DNA of 64,000 bases from Balanoglossus misakiensis. Its lineage: Eukaryota > Animalia > Hemichordata. Positions 41,101 through 53,880 of this stretch are shown here, in pieces. A program made the translations under genes and the position numbers. The notes under the pieces are model-generated. The model searched no databases and was not told the origin of the DNA. It was given only the letters and a program-made list of their open reading frames with translations. The stretch lies in contig CM082588.2 in NCBI GenBank assembly GCA_040954595.2, positions 5,902,202 through 5,966,201 of the forward strand. Reading direction: 5' to 3'. Within the stretch, counting starts at the first letter, position 1, and each line of letters begins with the position of its first letter.

Positions 41101-44100
41101 TCCACTCATGCATACGAAACGGCAAACACATCACCGTCCATTGTGCTGCCATTTCTCCACGGCTCTCAAAAGAGGAGCGAATAAAGGGAGCAAACCCGCG
41201 TGCAAAATGTCTCGAATAACAAGCAAAGCAATCACAAACGACTGTTAAATTCATTGGGAAATTTTTTCCCCGCCGCCCTCCGCAGCGAGATATGATTACC
41301 GCGGAGAAAACACGGTCGAGATGGTTGTATTTGCACAATAACGCTGCGACGGTGTCGGCAAAGGTGTAAATTTCATCTCGAGTTGCCGTGTTTATCTGTC
41401 CATGTGAGACAAGATTATGTGACGATTTCGCTCTCCGTGCCCGTGTTTTATCTTCGGAAGGCGTCTCCATCTTCACGCATACACGCTTCTGAAGTTATTT
41501 TGTGCGCGATTAGGAGACAGGGCCTGGTGTTTGAGTGGTACATCACAAGCCCGCGTATATCGGTTTGCTTCTCCTACGCTTCATACACATCCCCGTCGCG
41601 GTAAAATCAAGATGGCCGCCAAGTTTCCGGGTCAGCGGTGCTTGTCAACAGAATGCGTTCAGGGACAGGGGACTGTCCACGTTCAGCAGATCAAGCTAAA
41701 CCCAGACAAAGTGCAAAAGGTCCAACACCGACTGAGGTGTGCAGCAAAGCCCAGCAGAGAGTCTCGCCGGGGTGGGCGAACCAGGTCCCCCTGAATTGGC
41801 GAGAGAGCTCGCGTCGCCCGCACCATTTGCCTTGCCTGTATCCGCACGACAAACTTTTGAAATATTCATGTAAAAACCATGACGAATAGGATAGATGCCT
41901 GGTGATTTATGATTGTCTGTAAACACCGCGGAACGTCACAATCTGTCATTGCATTGTCGACTTCATGACAATTTCTCCAAGGCGGCACCGGGCCAATCCT
42001 TGTCGTTTTCACCCCCATCTCATCCCAGGCACATTTCACCATGGTTACATTATTTTATTACATGTAAACAAGGTGTTTTCCCCATACTATACTGTCAGTT
42101 GCCTTTCCAAGGATATGGAAATCTACTTCCACTTTGTTGAAAATAACACAAATAAAACCTCCTGTCGCAAACACCTGGATAACACCAGATCGCCTTGAAA
42201 CCGTCTGGAATATAAATATACATGTATACCGTTATCCATGTCATGGACATAGTTCCTAAAATGTGCAAATTAGCTATATTTGCCATCATGTTAGTATTTC
42301 AAAAATGTGCTGTTACCGTTAATAATCGCGCCAATAATCTTTGCTACATAAATCTTTATGTTTTCACAACCGTTTCCATGTTTCTATTTTTCAAATTAAC
42401 CATGGGCTAATATTTTATCTGACAATATTATTTCTGACTAATGTTTCAAATGATCAGACGGTTAGCTTTAACGATGAGTGATAAAATGTGTGGTTTTTAT
42501 TTCATAAATTGATATTGAGACATTTACATTTTAATGTATATTAAAACGTTTATTTTAGGAAAACCAGTTTTCAACTCTTTAAAAGCACGAATCTAGTAAA
42601 ATGGTGTGTTTCATTGCGCAATGTCAACAAAGACTACCGTACGTTGACTCGGATTTTCATCATTATGGCTTTTTTAAATAAATCTAAAAACACCCTGTCG
42701 CAAATAATATTTTTATTACAGAAATATTTTCAGTATCCTTTTCTAGGCTCTGTGTGATCTTGGACAAGCATTGTGTGAAAATCATGAATATTCATTGTTT
42801 GCCGAGTGTTGACACCAATGTAAAAGCCTCGATGGTCCTCAAGACGAACGATGACAAACGACTTTATCCTTCGTTTAAAGTAATACCTCATTTGAAATGT
42901 ACCCTCCCCTTGTAGCCGGATTCCTCCATACTCTTGACACCCCTTTAAAAACGCCATGTTTTGCTTTGGATAACGTTTTCTTTCCTTTATATCTACTCGT
43001 TTCAGAACCACGATGAAACACAGACGCTCAACAAAAAAGTCCCCGGCGCAGGCAACGGAGTGATTTGAATAAACTTCGGGTAGCGGTACGTTCATTTTCC
43101 CCTCCGCGTCAGACGCGAACGAAACACCAGGAAATCTTAATACCTATTGTATTCCAAATTGACTCAACTGATACTGCAGACCAAGGTCCCAACACCATTT
43201 AGACTTTGACTATTACGAATATTTTATATTTGTACGGTTTTCTTTGTTTCTGGCCGCGAGCCACACCGAAATCTCGAATCAACCATCAGTTGACTACGAA
43301 TATTCATAAGCGTATCATTATCGAGGATGAAAAGAAAAAAATGTTTGTGAATATATCAAAGAGATTTTTGTCAACGCAGGAATAAATAATTTAGGAATAT
43401 TAATATCAGTTCGCCAAGTTGTCTTAATTATTTATCATTTACGAGTTTTAGTAAATGGTTACTGTTCTTTAAATGCTTCTGTGGAAGAGTGTATGGAACC
43501 ATCAGATATCTGTGTTCTCGGATTATATGTTGACAGTCATGATGTCTATGTTCGTATTTTTCTCCTCTTGTGGCACACGTGTAACTCTTTCAACGCCGAA
43601 GTGAACGTGTTGACATCTTTCACAAAATAAACCGTCATCATAACTTTTTCCATATTTTTTTCTAAAATTTTGATCACAACATATAGACAATGGACAATTA
43701 TGTCAATTTGACCCAAAATTAAGATTAAAGACAGTAAAAATGCATACAAATGAGAAAAATGTTGCACCAACATTTTGGCGAGAAATTTTGTGGTGTACAG
43801 AGGGTTGCAACCCTTGCAGCAGTGACCAATGGCGTTCGATGATCCCTTGAGTGCTGGGACGCAGCGCTGAACTCATTGTAAACGCGTTTCAATTCGGCTT
43901 TTGACCATCCACAGTCTGAATTCTTCAGTCTGTACTTTGAAGGTGGGATATCTCCTCTTGAATAGATGCACATTTTTCTTAATGCCAGATGATTTTCGAC
44001 CATGGCGAGATTCCTTGTGGGGGCAGATATCGCTCGTGTTGCACCGACAAAGTCTTCTATTCTCCCTAAATCAGACTTAGCAACGTTACTCTCACCAGAT

Positions 44101-44115
44101 GTGGCGCGGAACTAA

Positions 44116-44149
44116 CCTCCAGCACGGTTACTAGTAACCGTGCCTCCAG
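44116..44149. mobile_element. 20-bp perfect palindrome inside a 7-bp direct repeat; probable DNA-transposon (P-element-like) excision footprint
   Basis: CCTCCAG (44116-44122) + CACGGTTACTAGTAACCGTG (44123-44142) + CCTCCAG (44143-44149). Confidence 0.65.
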
Positions 44150-44434
44150 TGTTTTTTTAAGATGAGGTCCGGGAGCCATTTACCGCAGATCTCATCCACT
44201 TATCCGCAACCATACTAAATACCGACCACTGTGTTAGAAATGGGATACATGTAATTCTGTGGGGCGCTTTGTTCACATATCAAAACCATACTCCGCCCGA
44301 ATGTATTATTGTCCAACATTATTCATACCACCGCAGTATTCGTTGTAATCTCATCTCACAGGAATATATTGAAGTACAGGGCTTGCGTTTGCAGAAACAT
44401 TATTAGAGATTATCAACTAGCTAGAGAGATCCGC

Positions 44435-44489
44435 AGAGAGAGAGAGAGAGGGGGGGGGAGAGAGAGAGAGAGACTGAGAGACTGAGAGA
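44435..44489. repeat. (GA)n / poly-G compound microsatellite
   Basis: Direct reading. Confidence 0.9.
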
Positions 44490-47400
44490 ACGAGAGCGAA
44501 TGGGAGGATACTTATTGTAGAAACCACATCTATATAACATCCATACACCTCATTCTCACAACCCAGTTTCCTCCTCTTTTAGTAACAATATCATCCTATG
44601 CCTACGTCCCAAACTCTTAAACCTGGGTGTACCCATCTGTCTTGTACGTTTCTACTCTTCGTTATTACCATGGTCAGGATAGGTATCAAAATTAGGCATA
44701 GCCTTAAACACTGGCCATCTTTAGTATATCATCGACCTGTATAGACTCCGAAGGCCTGTTCCATCATCCAGTCGTTTATATAACACTACCAAGTAAAAAC
44801 CATAATTGCATTATTCTAGCTTTGTCGCTATTGCCAGCTTTTTCTTGCGCTCATAATATGATCCCTATACCAGCAGAATCACCCCGTTTTGCGGTATCGC
44901 CAAGATTTATATGTCTTCCCACAGATCTGTATTCCTGGATGTTGTTTTCTGGCGCCTTGATCCTACAGTATTACAAACGAGTTGTACGAAACAGAAAAAA
45001 TAAACCCGTAGTGGATCATTACCATGAAAAATTGAAATATCTTTAACAAGAATTCGACAAACGCGACTGTCTTTCTTCACTCTGTCGCCATACTGGGAGT
45101 GTATTAATCCACGGGGACAACAAAGTGTTTAAACTCCATATTTAGGAAACTTTTTAAAACCAATATCAGACATGGAAATGCCTCGTTTTTCAATTTTCAC
45201 CAGAAAGCAGAATTGCGTCCGGGGGAATTCGCCGTTTCTAAGCAACCATACACATGTCGTTAGCCATGAGAAATCAACAAATCATGTTTCATTTTTCCCC
45301 TCCGTGCAAGCGAAGGGTGCAAACATAATGTGTCTACTTCTTGGATGAAAGTAGGAAGATCCGACAATAAGCTCATACACTTGAAAATAATTTTACGAGT
45401 TATTTTGTAGGCAAAGAGGCGACATAATACTTGAAGTCAATAGTTTCTGATCTGTTTGAATATCATGATCTTCGTGATAAATTATTTTCACAGGAAAGTT
45501 ATATATTTTAAAACGACGCCAACCATTTTGGATTTATCGTGGTATATTTTCAAGAAAATTCAAAACAAGACGAGAATCATTTCTCGAGGACAGAGTTGCC
45601 ATTGTGAGGTCTGTATCGAGTTTGATGTTACCAACCGTTAAATGGAGTCCGAAAATGAATTTAAAAAATCGTGTACTTACGATAAACCGCAAATGTGACA
45701 TATTACCCATTTTTAATGTTTTGTAAACAGAAATAAACTGTAGTGGAATCTGTCCATTTTTTAGGGATAACTAATACAAGCTTCCACGCCTGAGCTAGCT
45801 AACAATCTCCCTCTCTTCGCCCTGATAAATAATGCATGAATTTCGGTACTCCACACGAATTTTACAACGATCGGAAATATTGTGCTTAATATTATCGCCG
45901 CTAATAGGGTTCCACTCTGATTAAACTAAATCTCGCGAAATCCCCATTTATTCTCGATTTTTTAAAAGATTTTGTTGGACTTACAAAAGTGTCATAAATT
46001 GAACCGAAGCATACAGAACGGTGCTTAGTGTGCTTTCATTTGTCTCTTCATATGTATAAGGAAAATAAGTTAATACTTGTTGAAGAGAAAATCCCCCTTT
46101 CCTGTAAATTCAACTCTGTAATTAAATTCGAAGTTTCCGCTTGATGGACTCGACACGCTTTTTATTATTTAATTGTAAGTCTTCTGCAAGAAACTTTCCG
46201 ACAAAAAAATCAGACAAAATTAATAGTGTAGATTTTTTTTTCAATTCACTTTTATTCAGTAATTTCTGCTTGGCTTGGTTTATCGTGATCGGGGATGCGA
46301 GGGCTTGTCCCGGTACGATGCCGGCAAACCATCGGGGCAAAAAGGTCCCGGCTGGGTGTGGCTGCGAACGTCAGGCACGGAGTATACCCTCCTCGCCACA
46401 CATGCGAGACCAGCACACGCACGCGCACAGTCCCAGGGGAGCTCCGACCGTTCCAAATCGTGTAATAAAAGTTGTTGGTGGTAGAGAGCTCATTGATACT
46501 TAATATACACCGCTTCGCTCGCAGTTAAACAAAAACATGTTACACAAGGATAACACGCCCGAAACCGAGCAATTATTTTTGCTGTGGCTCATTTGCATTC
46601 ACGTTCAAGTCTCCATGACGATATTTAACCGTGCACGCTCTCTGTCTCTATCTGTCTTTCTCTTCCTCTCTCTCTCTCTTTCTAATTATTGTTTTTTCGA
46701 ATGCTGCCAAGGTATAGGTGGGTGTATGATTTATCCATCCTCTTCAACAATCGCCATAACGAATGCAGGATTTCCACCAGCGAGCACCAACAAGGGCACA
46801 TCCGTCACCTATTGACCAGGGCGTCAAAGCACCCGGATGTCAGCACTTTCACCTAGGGTGGTTGGAGCCGAACACTCGCATTGTCCCAAGTCCATCCGCT
46901 TTCCGTTTGTGTAGACCTGTGTAAAAGATACGTGACGTCAGGAGGGAAATCAAACGGAACAACTTGAGGAAACCGTATTGGTTTTGTAAAATAGATCTTA
47001 AACAAAACAAGAAGAGACTGAAGTATATATAGTCTCTCTCAGTCAATCATAACGGACAATATCTCTGGCTTATTTGAAATTGTTGTTTTGGTATAGTAAA
47101 GGCTTCCCTTTACAGTTGTAATAGGTACAGAGACTTTCTCTATACCTTGTTTGTCACTTCGCCACACTACCTCCCCCTCCCCACCCCTATAGATTCCAAC
47201 AGTACCCCATCTTTCACCTTCGCGTCTCGACATCCCGTTCACTACTAAAGTAGTATAGACCATGCGTTTAGCTCTGTTTTTTCTTCCCATTTTCTACTTT
47301 CTGGTCGTGTCGATACCCGGATCGTCATGGGAATACACCGAGTCAGTGAGTTCGCAAGAATTCTCGGCTGATTGGACTTTGGAGTGGTTGCCACCCTCCC

Positions 47401-50400
47401 GTGTGCGATGTCCGCCAGCCTTGGATATTAACATCAGGGTATGGTTTCATAACTAATTCATGCAAGCGTAGCGTCGGTAACACGTACTCATCAACTCTGT
47501 AAATTAATGTTTTATTTCCATGTTGTAATAAAGTGACACGACTTTTTACTAATTAAAAAGGGGTCGGCGTGTGGAATGATGACACCGGCGGGTTCTCTTG
47601 TCATCTGCGTACGGGATGTTTCACTTCGCTATCTATCTGTGTGATGTCTGAAGCGCTATTCGTGCGGAAGGGGTTTTAATGTGCATTTCGCCGTCGCAGA
47701 CTTCATAATTGAAAACATGAAATCAGGCTGAAACTTGCACACTGGGAGTGGAGACGTGTTTTTCTTTCATTTCCATGACGGTCGCGTCTGATTATTTTTT
47801 TGCTGTTTGTTTGAACACGAAAACAACAGCGGCAATTAATGTAAAAACACTCACGCAGGTACAGTTTAGCAGAGAACTTCCACTGGAAACCTCTTGAATG
47901 CAAATCAGTCGGGATAGCACAGGACCAGCAAAAAAGAAGCGCTCTAATTGGCTTTTCATTGGAGTTTCTTTTTGTGCCGCTGTTTGCTCAGCAAATAAGA
48001 AAAACCGACAGAAACGACGTCTGTTTTTGTGTTTTTGTTCACACTCCAGAGGACAACACTCCAAGCCCCACAGACAAAGCTTCAAATTTTGATGACTCCC
48101 CGCATCCCATAATACTTAATTGGTGATAATGGAACCCGCCCGGGGTAGAAACTGTACACACGTCTCATCACTCGAGGGGGGAGGGGCGGAGATCTCGAAA
48201 AAGTAAAAGAAAACCTTGTGAATACCAGAACACCGAAGCTTTAAGGTAAAATCTTAAAGATTTAATGAGTTGTTTTCCCATCCATGGAGATGTAGGTACC
48301 AAATGCCGTTCCTAACTAAGCGGGCTGATATTTAATAATTCAGACTGTTTTCTTCAATTGAGAAATTATCACAGCAGCGCGTCATCAAAACCTGAGTTAC
48401 CGCATGAGCAGAAAACGTACAATGTAAACACTCATAATACCGTTAAGTATGCATGTTTTTGTTTCACTTTCATTTGTTTTGGTGCATATTTGTTGACATT
48501 TTAACTATAGTTGGTATGTATTTGGGGTCGCTGTACCGCCCTCTATACATTCAATCCACACGAAATGCGTTTTACTATTCACGAAAGGAAGCCCCTTTCA
48601 GACACAGGCTCAAAGCATATTGTCTTAGGAAATGAACCCAAGTTTTGATGATGTTTAACGCCGGGATGGACACGGCGGAAATTCCCGAGTGCTGTCGTCG
48701 CACGCGAGTGAGGTTCATAGTAACAACCGATGGCCAATCATATGTGTTAACGTGATACACGCTGGATTGCTGCAGATATCCATTGATTTTTAAGCTTGGA
48801 TACTCCTGAGCTGCATTGGCTGATGAACAGACAATGAAGTGTGATGCATTTCCCATGTCAATTTCAACTCATGTTTTGAAAACGTTCGCTTGTAATGAGG
48901 TCGAGCGGTTACACGGGCGATGCCGTCCTTAGCAAATATCCAAGTCTGGGCGCATAATATATTAATTTCGCCCACTTGCGCGTGTTTTCGTTGATGATTT
49001 TGTTGTCGCGGCTTTGGGATAATCTTTCGGTGATGGGGGTACGTTGATTTGACTTTCAGAAGAGGCGCGCCGGTCCTTTAGTGCGCGTGCATCCAAAAGT
49101 GCGAATTGGGGGTTCCGCCGCATTTGCATTCGAAGAGCATAGCGACTAGCAAGCCACACGCACGTGGATAAGCCGCGACGAGATCCAATATATACTGGCG
49201 AGATATCCTTCCCCGACATCGCCTGAAGCGCTGGGAGAGAGAGAGAGCGGGACTGAAATTCCCCTTCGCGGAATAATGGAGCCAATCCACCGAGGTCTAG
49301 TTCCCCAGGAAATGGGAGGTCTCAAATATTTTAGGCTGTAGTGAGCGCAAAACGCATTAAGGGATTGAATTTGACTAAACATAGGTTGGCCACTGTGCGC
49401 TGACCTCTATGGTCGCTGGAGAGGTGCCCATTGTGCGCGGCGACGCATTCGCCATGGTTTGGTGTTGGGTCCCGCCGCCTGCGGATTGTACCTGCTCAAG
49501 CATGCATGCAGTCAGGGGTTTTGTGATGGACTGAAGCATGATTGATTCCCATCAAAGCGTATAGGGTTAGAAAAGCAGAACAGTGGGCCAGGTAGTCGTC
49601 TGAGTCATACCCTAGACGTGCACATTCTCCATCCATTTGGAAATTTTCACCCAAGCAGAGAGTTCTTTTTTCTGTCTCTCTCTCTCTCTCTCGATCGAAT
49701 GTTGTTTTCCATTTCTTTTCTCCAGTGTGTTGGGTGTCTCCCCGGGGGTGCACTGGCGCTGACGATTTGATTACTTAACGTGTACTCGTTTCGTTCTGTC
49801 GTTTTTCTTTCGCCCTCAGCTCGAGGGATCTTTTCAGTGCCTTGGCTGTTTGCGTTCGCCTTTGTTCGCACGTGTCGGCAGAAAAATTTTGTGTGGTCTT
49901 CTGGGCCAACGGGAGGCTAGGATGGATGGCTTGTTCGACGGAGTTTATCCTAACTTTTCAAATAGGACGGAAGTCATCTATCGCTCACAGACAGACGCAC
50001 TGCCTTAGTTCAGGACCACACGGACCAAAGCATACCTTGAAATAAGCAGACCATGAGTTTTATATGCCCGTAAAAATGCCCCATTTATTTTAATTCCGCG
50101 CTGCTGTTATTTCGAGCATTGGTGAGAAAACACAACATATAAAGCCCCGTTACGTCACAACGGACATTCGTGCAGAAAAATCTCGGATTGACAACATGTT
50201 CAGTATCAGAAGGGTATTACGACACAGTGCCCACGCCACCGCCGCGCAAATCCTTTCACAAATGGAATTCTAGCCTCTCCGGCTCAACAAAGCATGTCCA
50301 ACTGAAGTATGTCCGCTCAAATACATCTTTTTGTCCGTCTACTTTCCGGCAAACAAACCGTGTCTACACGCCGCTTTGTTTCTAATTTCGTGCCGTGTTT

Positions 50401-51043
50401 CACCCTCTCAAAAAAAAAACAATGTCTGCGCTGCATTGTGGGACGAGGGCACTCACTCAGCGCTCGGAGTCAATGCCCGGATCCATTTTCCACATCCAAG
50501 TGTAGGATGATTTACGAGCACGTCGCAGCCTCGTTAAATTATTATGTCAGTGCGACGGCTGCAGGGTTTTGAAGCCGAACAAATTTGGACATTTTATGGC
50601 GTTTATTTATTCCCCATTTCGAGGGGAAACTACCGTACCTCTGCCGCCTCACTCTCCCCTTGACGGTTCGTCTGCGTGCTCCCGAGTCGCGCGCGCGTAC
50701 TCTCGTTTCATTAAGACTTTTACCGTTGAGATTCTGCGGTTCAGATGTCTGCAGATTTATTCATCTCTGAATTATCCATTTTTACCGATACGAGTTGCAG
50801 GCATAAGTATGGGCAATGATAGCAAACAGATTTAGGAAATCGTTTCAAACAAGCTCATATTTATAACCCTTACAGCAAATTATACGTGTACCTCGAGTGA
50901 AGTTATCGTTTGACAGACGACAACATCATACTTCAAAAATCGCGTCAAGGACACGGTGGTCCCATTGAGTGATTACACAAGAAAAAGTCTACACCTAAGT
51001 ACATGGCCATATACAGACAGACACACACACACATAGCGAGAGG

Positions 51044-51525
51044 TCAATGGGCAAACACTGACTGACCCATAAGCTACCAATGGCATATGTACTGTACATA
51101 CACTAAATAGAACAGCTGGTCTCTTTAAAACTTAGCCAGTTATGTAATCATTCAGGAATTTGCTGTGTTTATATGAATCACAGGGGAGTTCCTGCCTAAT
51201 TAAAACAACTCAATAAAGTAAATACACACCACTTTACAAAGCAATCTGACCAGTAGTTCTTGAGTTACTGAGTTTTGACCAAATTAACATTTTTCCAGCT
51301 AATTTGCATGTTTTAGGCAATGACAACTTCATTTGAACAAACTCCCATCTACAGCCCAGCCTGCATCAGCACACTGAATTTCAAGGTGATACACGTAGCG
51401 GTTTTCAAGTTTTGGATGTGGACGGACATACAGACATACATCCATCCATACATACAGATGCAACCGATCCCATTGTTGTTGGGTCCCATTGGTATGTACT
51501 TAGTAAAATGGGACCCAACAACAAT
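51044..51525 (+). mobile_element. Interspersed repeat copy 1, Helentron-associated (HINE/DINE-1-like) non-autonomous element
   Basis: About 430 bp (51044-51473) near-identical to 51882-52340. Ends in a CATA/CATC/CAGA microsatellite followed by a terminal hairpin. The duplication is certain; the family assignment and the 5' boundary are inferred. Confidence 0.7.
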
Positions 51526-51881
51526 CTAACATCGGACTGTCAACACAGAGAACTGATGGGACGATGAATGCCAAAATAAACTGAAGAGCTCTCAAATCAC
51601 AGCAAAAGAAGGCGATACAAAAGCTTGGGGTGTGTTGCGCTGACCTGCGTTAACAGATCCCGTGAGGAGTACGGTGCCCAGAGTGCTAACACATCCCCAA
51701 TACGAACTTATGGACACAAACTATTTATATTTCTAGGTCCAAAACTTTGACTACAGTGAGACAAAACTGTTAGGCTTTTCTCATATTTAAATGAAGTATT
51801 GAAATGCAAAATAAAGTGTTAAAATGCAAATTAAGACCGACGGGAGTGGTTCTTCTTTTCTCCAATGAAATTCAACTTTGC

Positions 51882-52375
51882 TCAATGGGCAAACACTGAC
51901 TGACCCATAAGCTGCCAATGGCATATGTACTGTACATACACTAAATAGAACAGCTGGCCATGGCCTCTTTAAAACTTAGCCAGTTATGTAATCATTCAGG
52001 AATTTGCTGTGTTTATATGAATCACAAAGGGGAGTTCCTGCCTAATTAAAACAACTCAATAAAGGAAATACACACCACTTTGCAAAGCAATCTGACCAGT
52101 AGTTCTTGAGTTACTGAGTTTTGACCAAATTCAAATTTTTTCCAGCTAATTTGCATATTTTTGGCAATGACAACTTCATTTGAACAAACTCCCATCTACA
52201 GCCCAGCCTGCATCAGCACACCAAATATCAAGGTGATACACGCAGCGGTTTTCAAGTTTTGGATGTGGACGGACATACAGACATACATACATCCATACAT
52301 ACATCCATCCATACATACATACAGACGCAACCAATCCCATAAAGTCCCATGGTACATACCAATGGGACCCAAAAA
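51882..52375 (+). mobile_element. Interspersed repeat copy 2, HINE/DINE-1-like (may extend upstream to ~51650)
   Basis: Direct repeat of 51044-51473. (CATA/CATC)n tract, then stem-loop GTCCCATGGTA-CA-TACCAATGGGAC (52344-52368) and a short A-run. Microsatellite + 3' stem-loop + A/T-run is the HINE architecture. Confidence 0.7.
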
Positions 52376-52561
52376 CCACGAGACTGCTGAAGATCATTGC
52401 CAAGCTCGTACGGATTCTGCAGTTCATTTTGACTCACTCCCCCTCCCATAAAATAAACGTGTGTACGCAGACACCCGTGTACACATACGTGTCTATATAC
52501 TCATCAAACACATAGCCTTGTCAGATGGGTGGCCCGTGTGTAAGCTGTCACAGTGTACTTA

Positions 52562-53364
52562 GGCTGCATTCACAAACACCTCTGGAGGGGGGGGCGGGAG
52601 AATTGAGGGGGGGGGATTTGAAAAAATTGAGGGTATGTGAGGGGGGGGATTTGAAATAATTTAGGGACTGAAAGGGGGGGACTTGAAAACTTTAACGACT
52701 CAATATTTATTTTGAGTCCACAAAAATGCAGTTTCGCGCCCTTTATTTTACAAAATTTTCTCATGTGGGAGGGGGACACCCCCTCCCACACCCACCCCCT
52801 CCATTCATCAACACCTTTCAATCATTGACTAGTTTATCTAGTGTCCCAGGTCAGGGGACTTGCCCCACCCCATGATAACTTTGAGCCCCGACGGTTAAAT
52901 TTGTCCTCCCCAACATACCTGTAGTTGAGTTAATTTGCTTTTGCCGGGTTCATTAAAATGCAGCTTTGAGCTCTGTATTTTAGAAAATTTTCTTACGTGG
53001 GAGGGGGACACCCCCTCCCAAACCCACCCCCTTCAATTCTCGGTTTACAAAGTCTCCAAACACAGAATACAAATATATGTACTTAAAAAATAAAAACAAT
53101 GTTCAGTTTTAATACCCACTGATGAGGGGAAACATCAGTTTCAAATTCTTTTCATGGGAGCGCTGTTTTTCTTTTTACAAGATAGATAGGTGATGTGTTT
53201 TGCTCTGTGAAAGACAATGGGGGGGGGGGATTTCAAAATTTTGGCAGTTCGGAAGGGGGGGATTTGAAAATATTGGCAGTTCGGAAGGGGGGCATGTGAA
53301 AATTAGTGGTAAAAAAAATTGAATTCTCCCGCCCCCCCCTCCAGAGGTGTTTGTGAATGCAGCC
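52562..53364. mobile_element. MITE, PIF/Harbinger (Tourist-like), 803 bp
   Basis: Perfect 43-bp TIRs GGCTGCATTCACAAACACCTCTGGAGGGGGGGGCGGGAGAATT (52562-52604, inverted at 53322-53364). 3-bp TSD TTA (52559-52561 and 53365-53367). Subterminal GGGGGGATTTGAAA-like repeats. No transposase. Confidence 0.93.
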
Positions 53365-53559
53365 TTATGTATCGCGTGATATAACGGATGGCTAATCTGG
53401 TCTACACTTGTGTACTGTAAACATTGTTCGGGTTGCAAGAGTCACTGTCCGTCCAGCTAAAGTACTCAACAGGAAGGCTGCCACCAATGGGTATGTTGGT
53501 ACATGTCTCTGACCGGTGACTGCAGCCGCAATCGTCACCTGAAACGTGCATGCGCGGAG

Positions 53560-53730
53560 TGATCAATCAGCGCCGAGCTGGACATCAGTCGAGCCAATCA
53601 AAACCACTGATTGATGGCTTGTTACGCGCACGGAAATGCTACGTTTGATGTGATTGATGGAAAACGTGGAAGAGTGTTAGCGCACGCCGGTTGTCGCTGT
53701 CGGATCCGGACTTCTGATGAAACTGACAGG
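53560..53730. promoter_or_regulatory. Candidate Pbx-Hox-Meis enhancer
   Basis: TGATTGAT three times (53562-53569 reverse, 53608-53615, 53651-53658; two are TGATTGATGG). TGATTGGC reverse at 53593-53600. Meis TGACAG at 53724-53729. Confidence 0.5.
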
Positions 53731-53788
53731 AATTGACAATCCGGAACCAAAGAGTAGTTTCGTCCTGCATAAATGCATTTCTCACGTG

Positions 53789-53880
53789 CTTTCTTTCTTT
53801 CTATCTTTCTTTCTTTCTTTCTTTCGCTCTCTCTCTCTCTTTCTGTTGGTTCGCTTGCTTGTTTGTCTGTCTGTCTGTCT
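53789..53880. repeat. Compound pyrimidine-rich microsatellite (CTTT/CT/GCTT/GTCT)
   Basis: Direct reading. Confidence 0.88.

Noticed and set aside
43581-43808. Possible decayed piggyBac-like MITE; shares ~19 bp with the reverse complement of 63557-63575
   Set aside because: Termini too degenerate, no TTAA TSD, and the shared stretch is short.
51320-52451. Duplicated ORFs starting MTTSFEQTPIYSPACIST
   Set aside because: They lie within the two copies of the non-coding repeat and run through its microsatellite.
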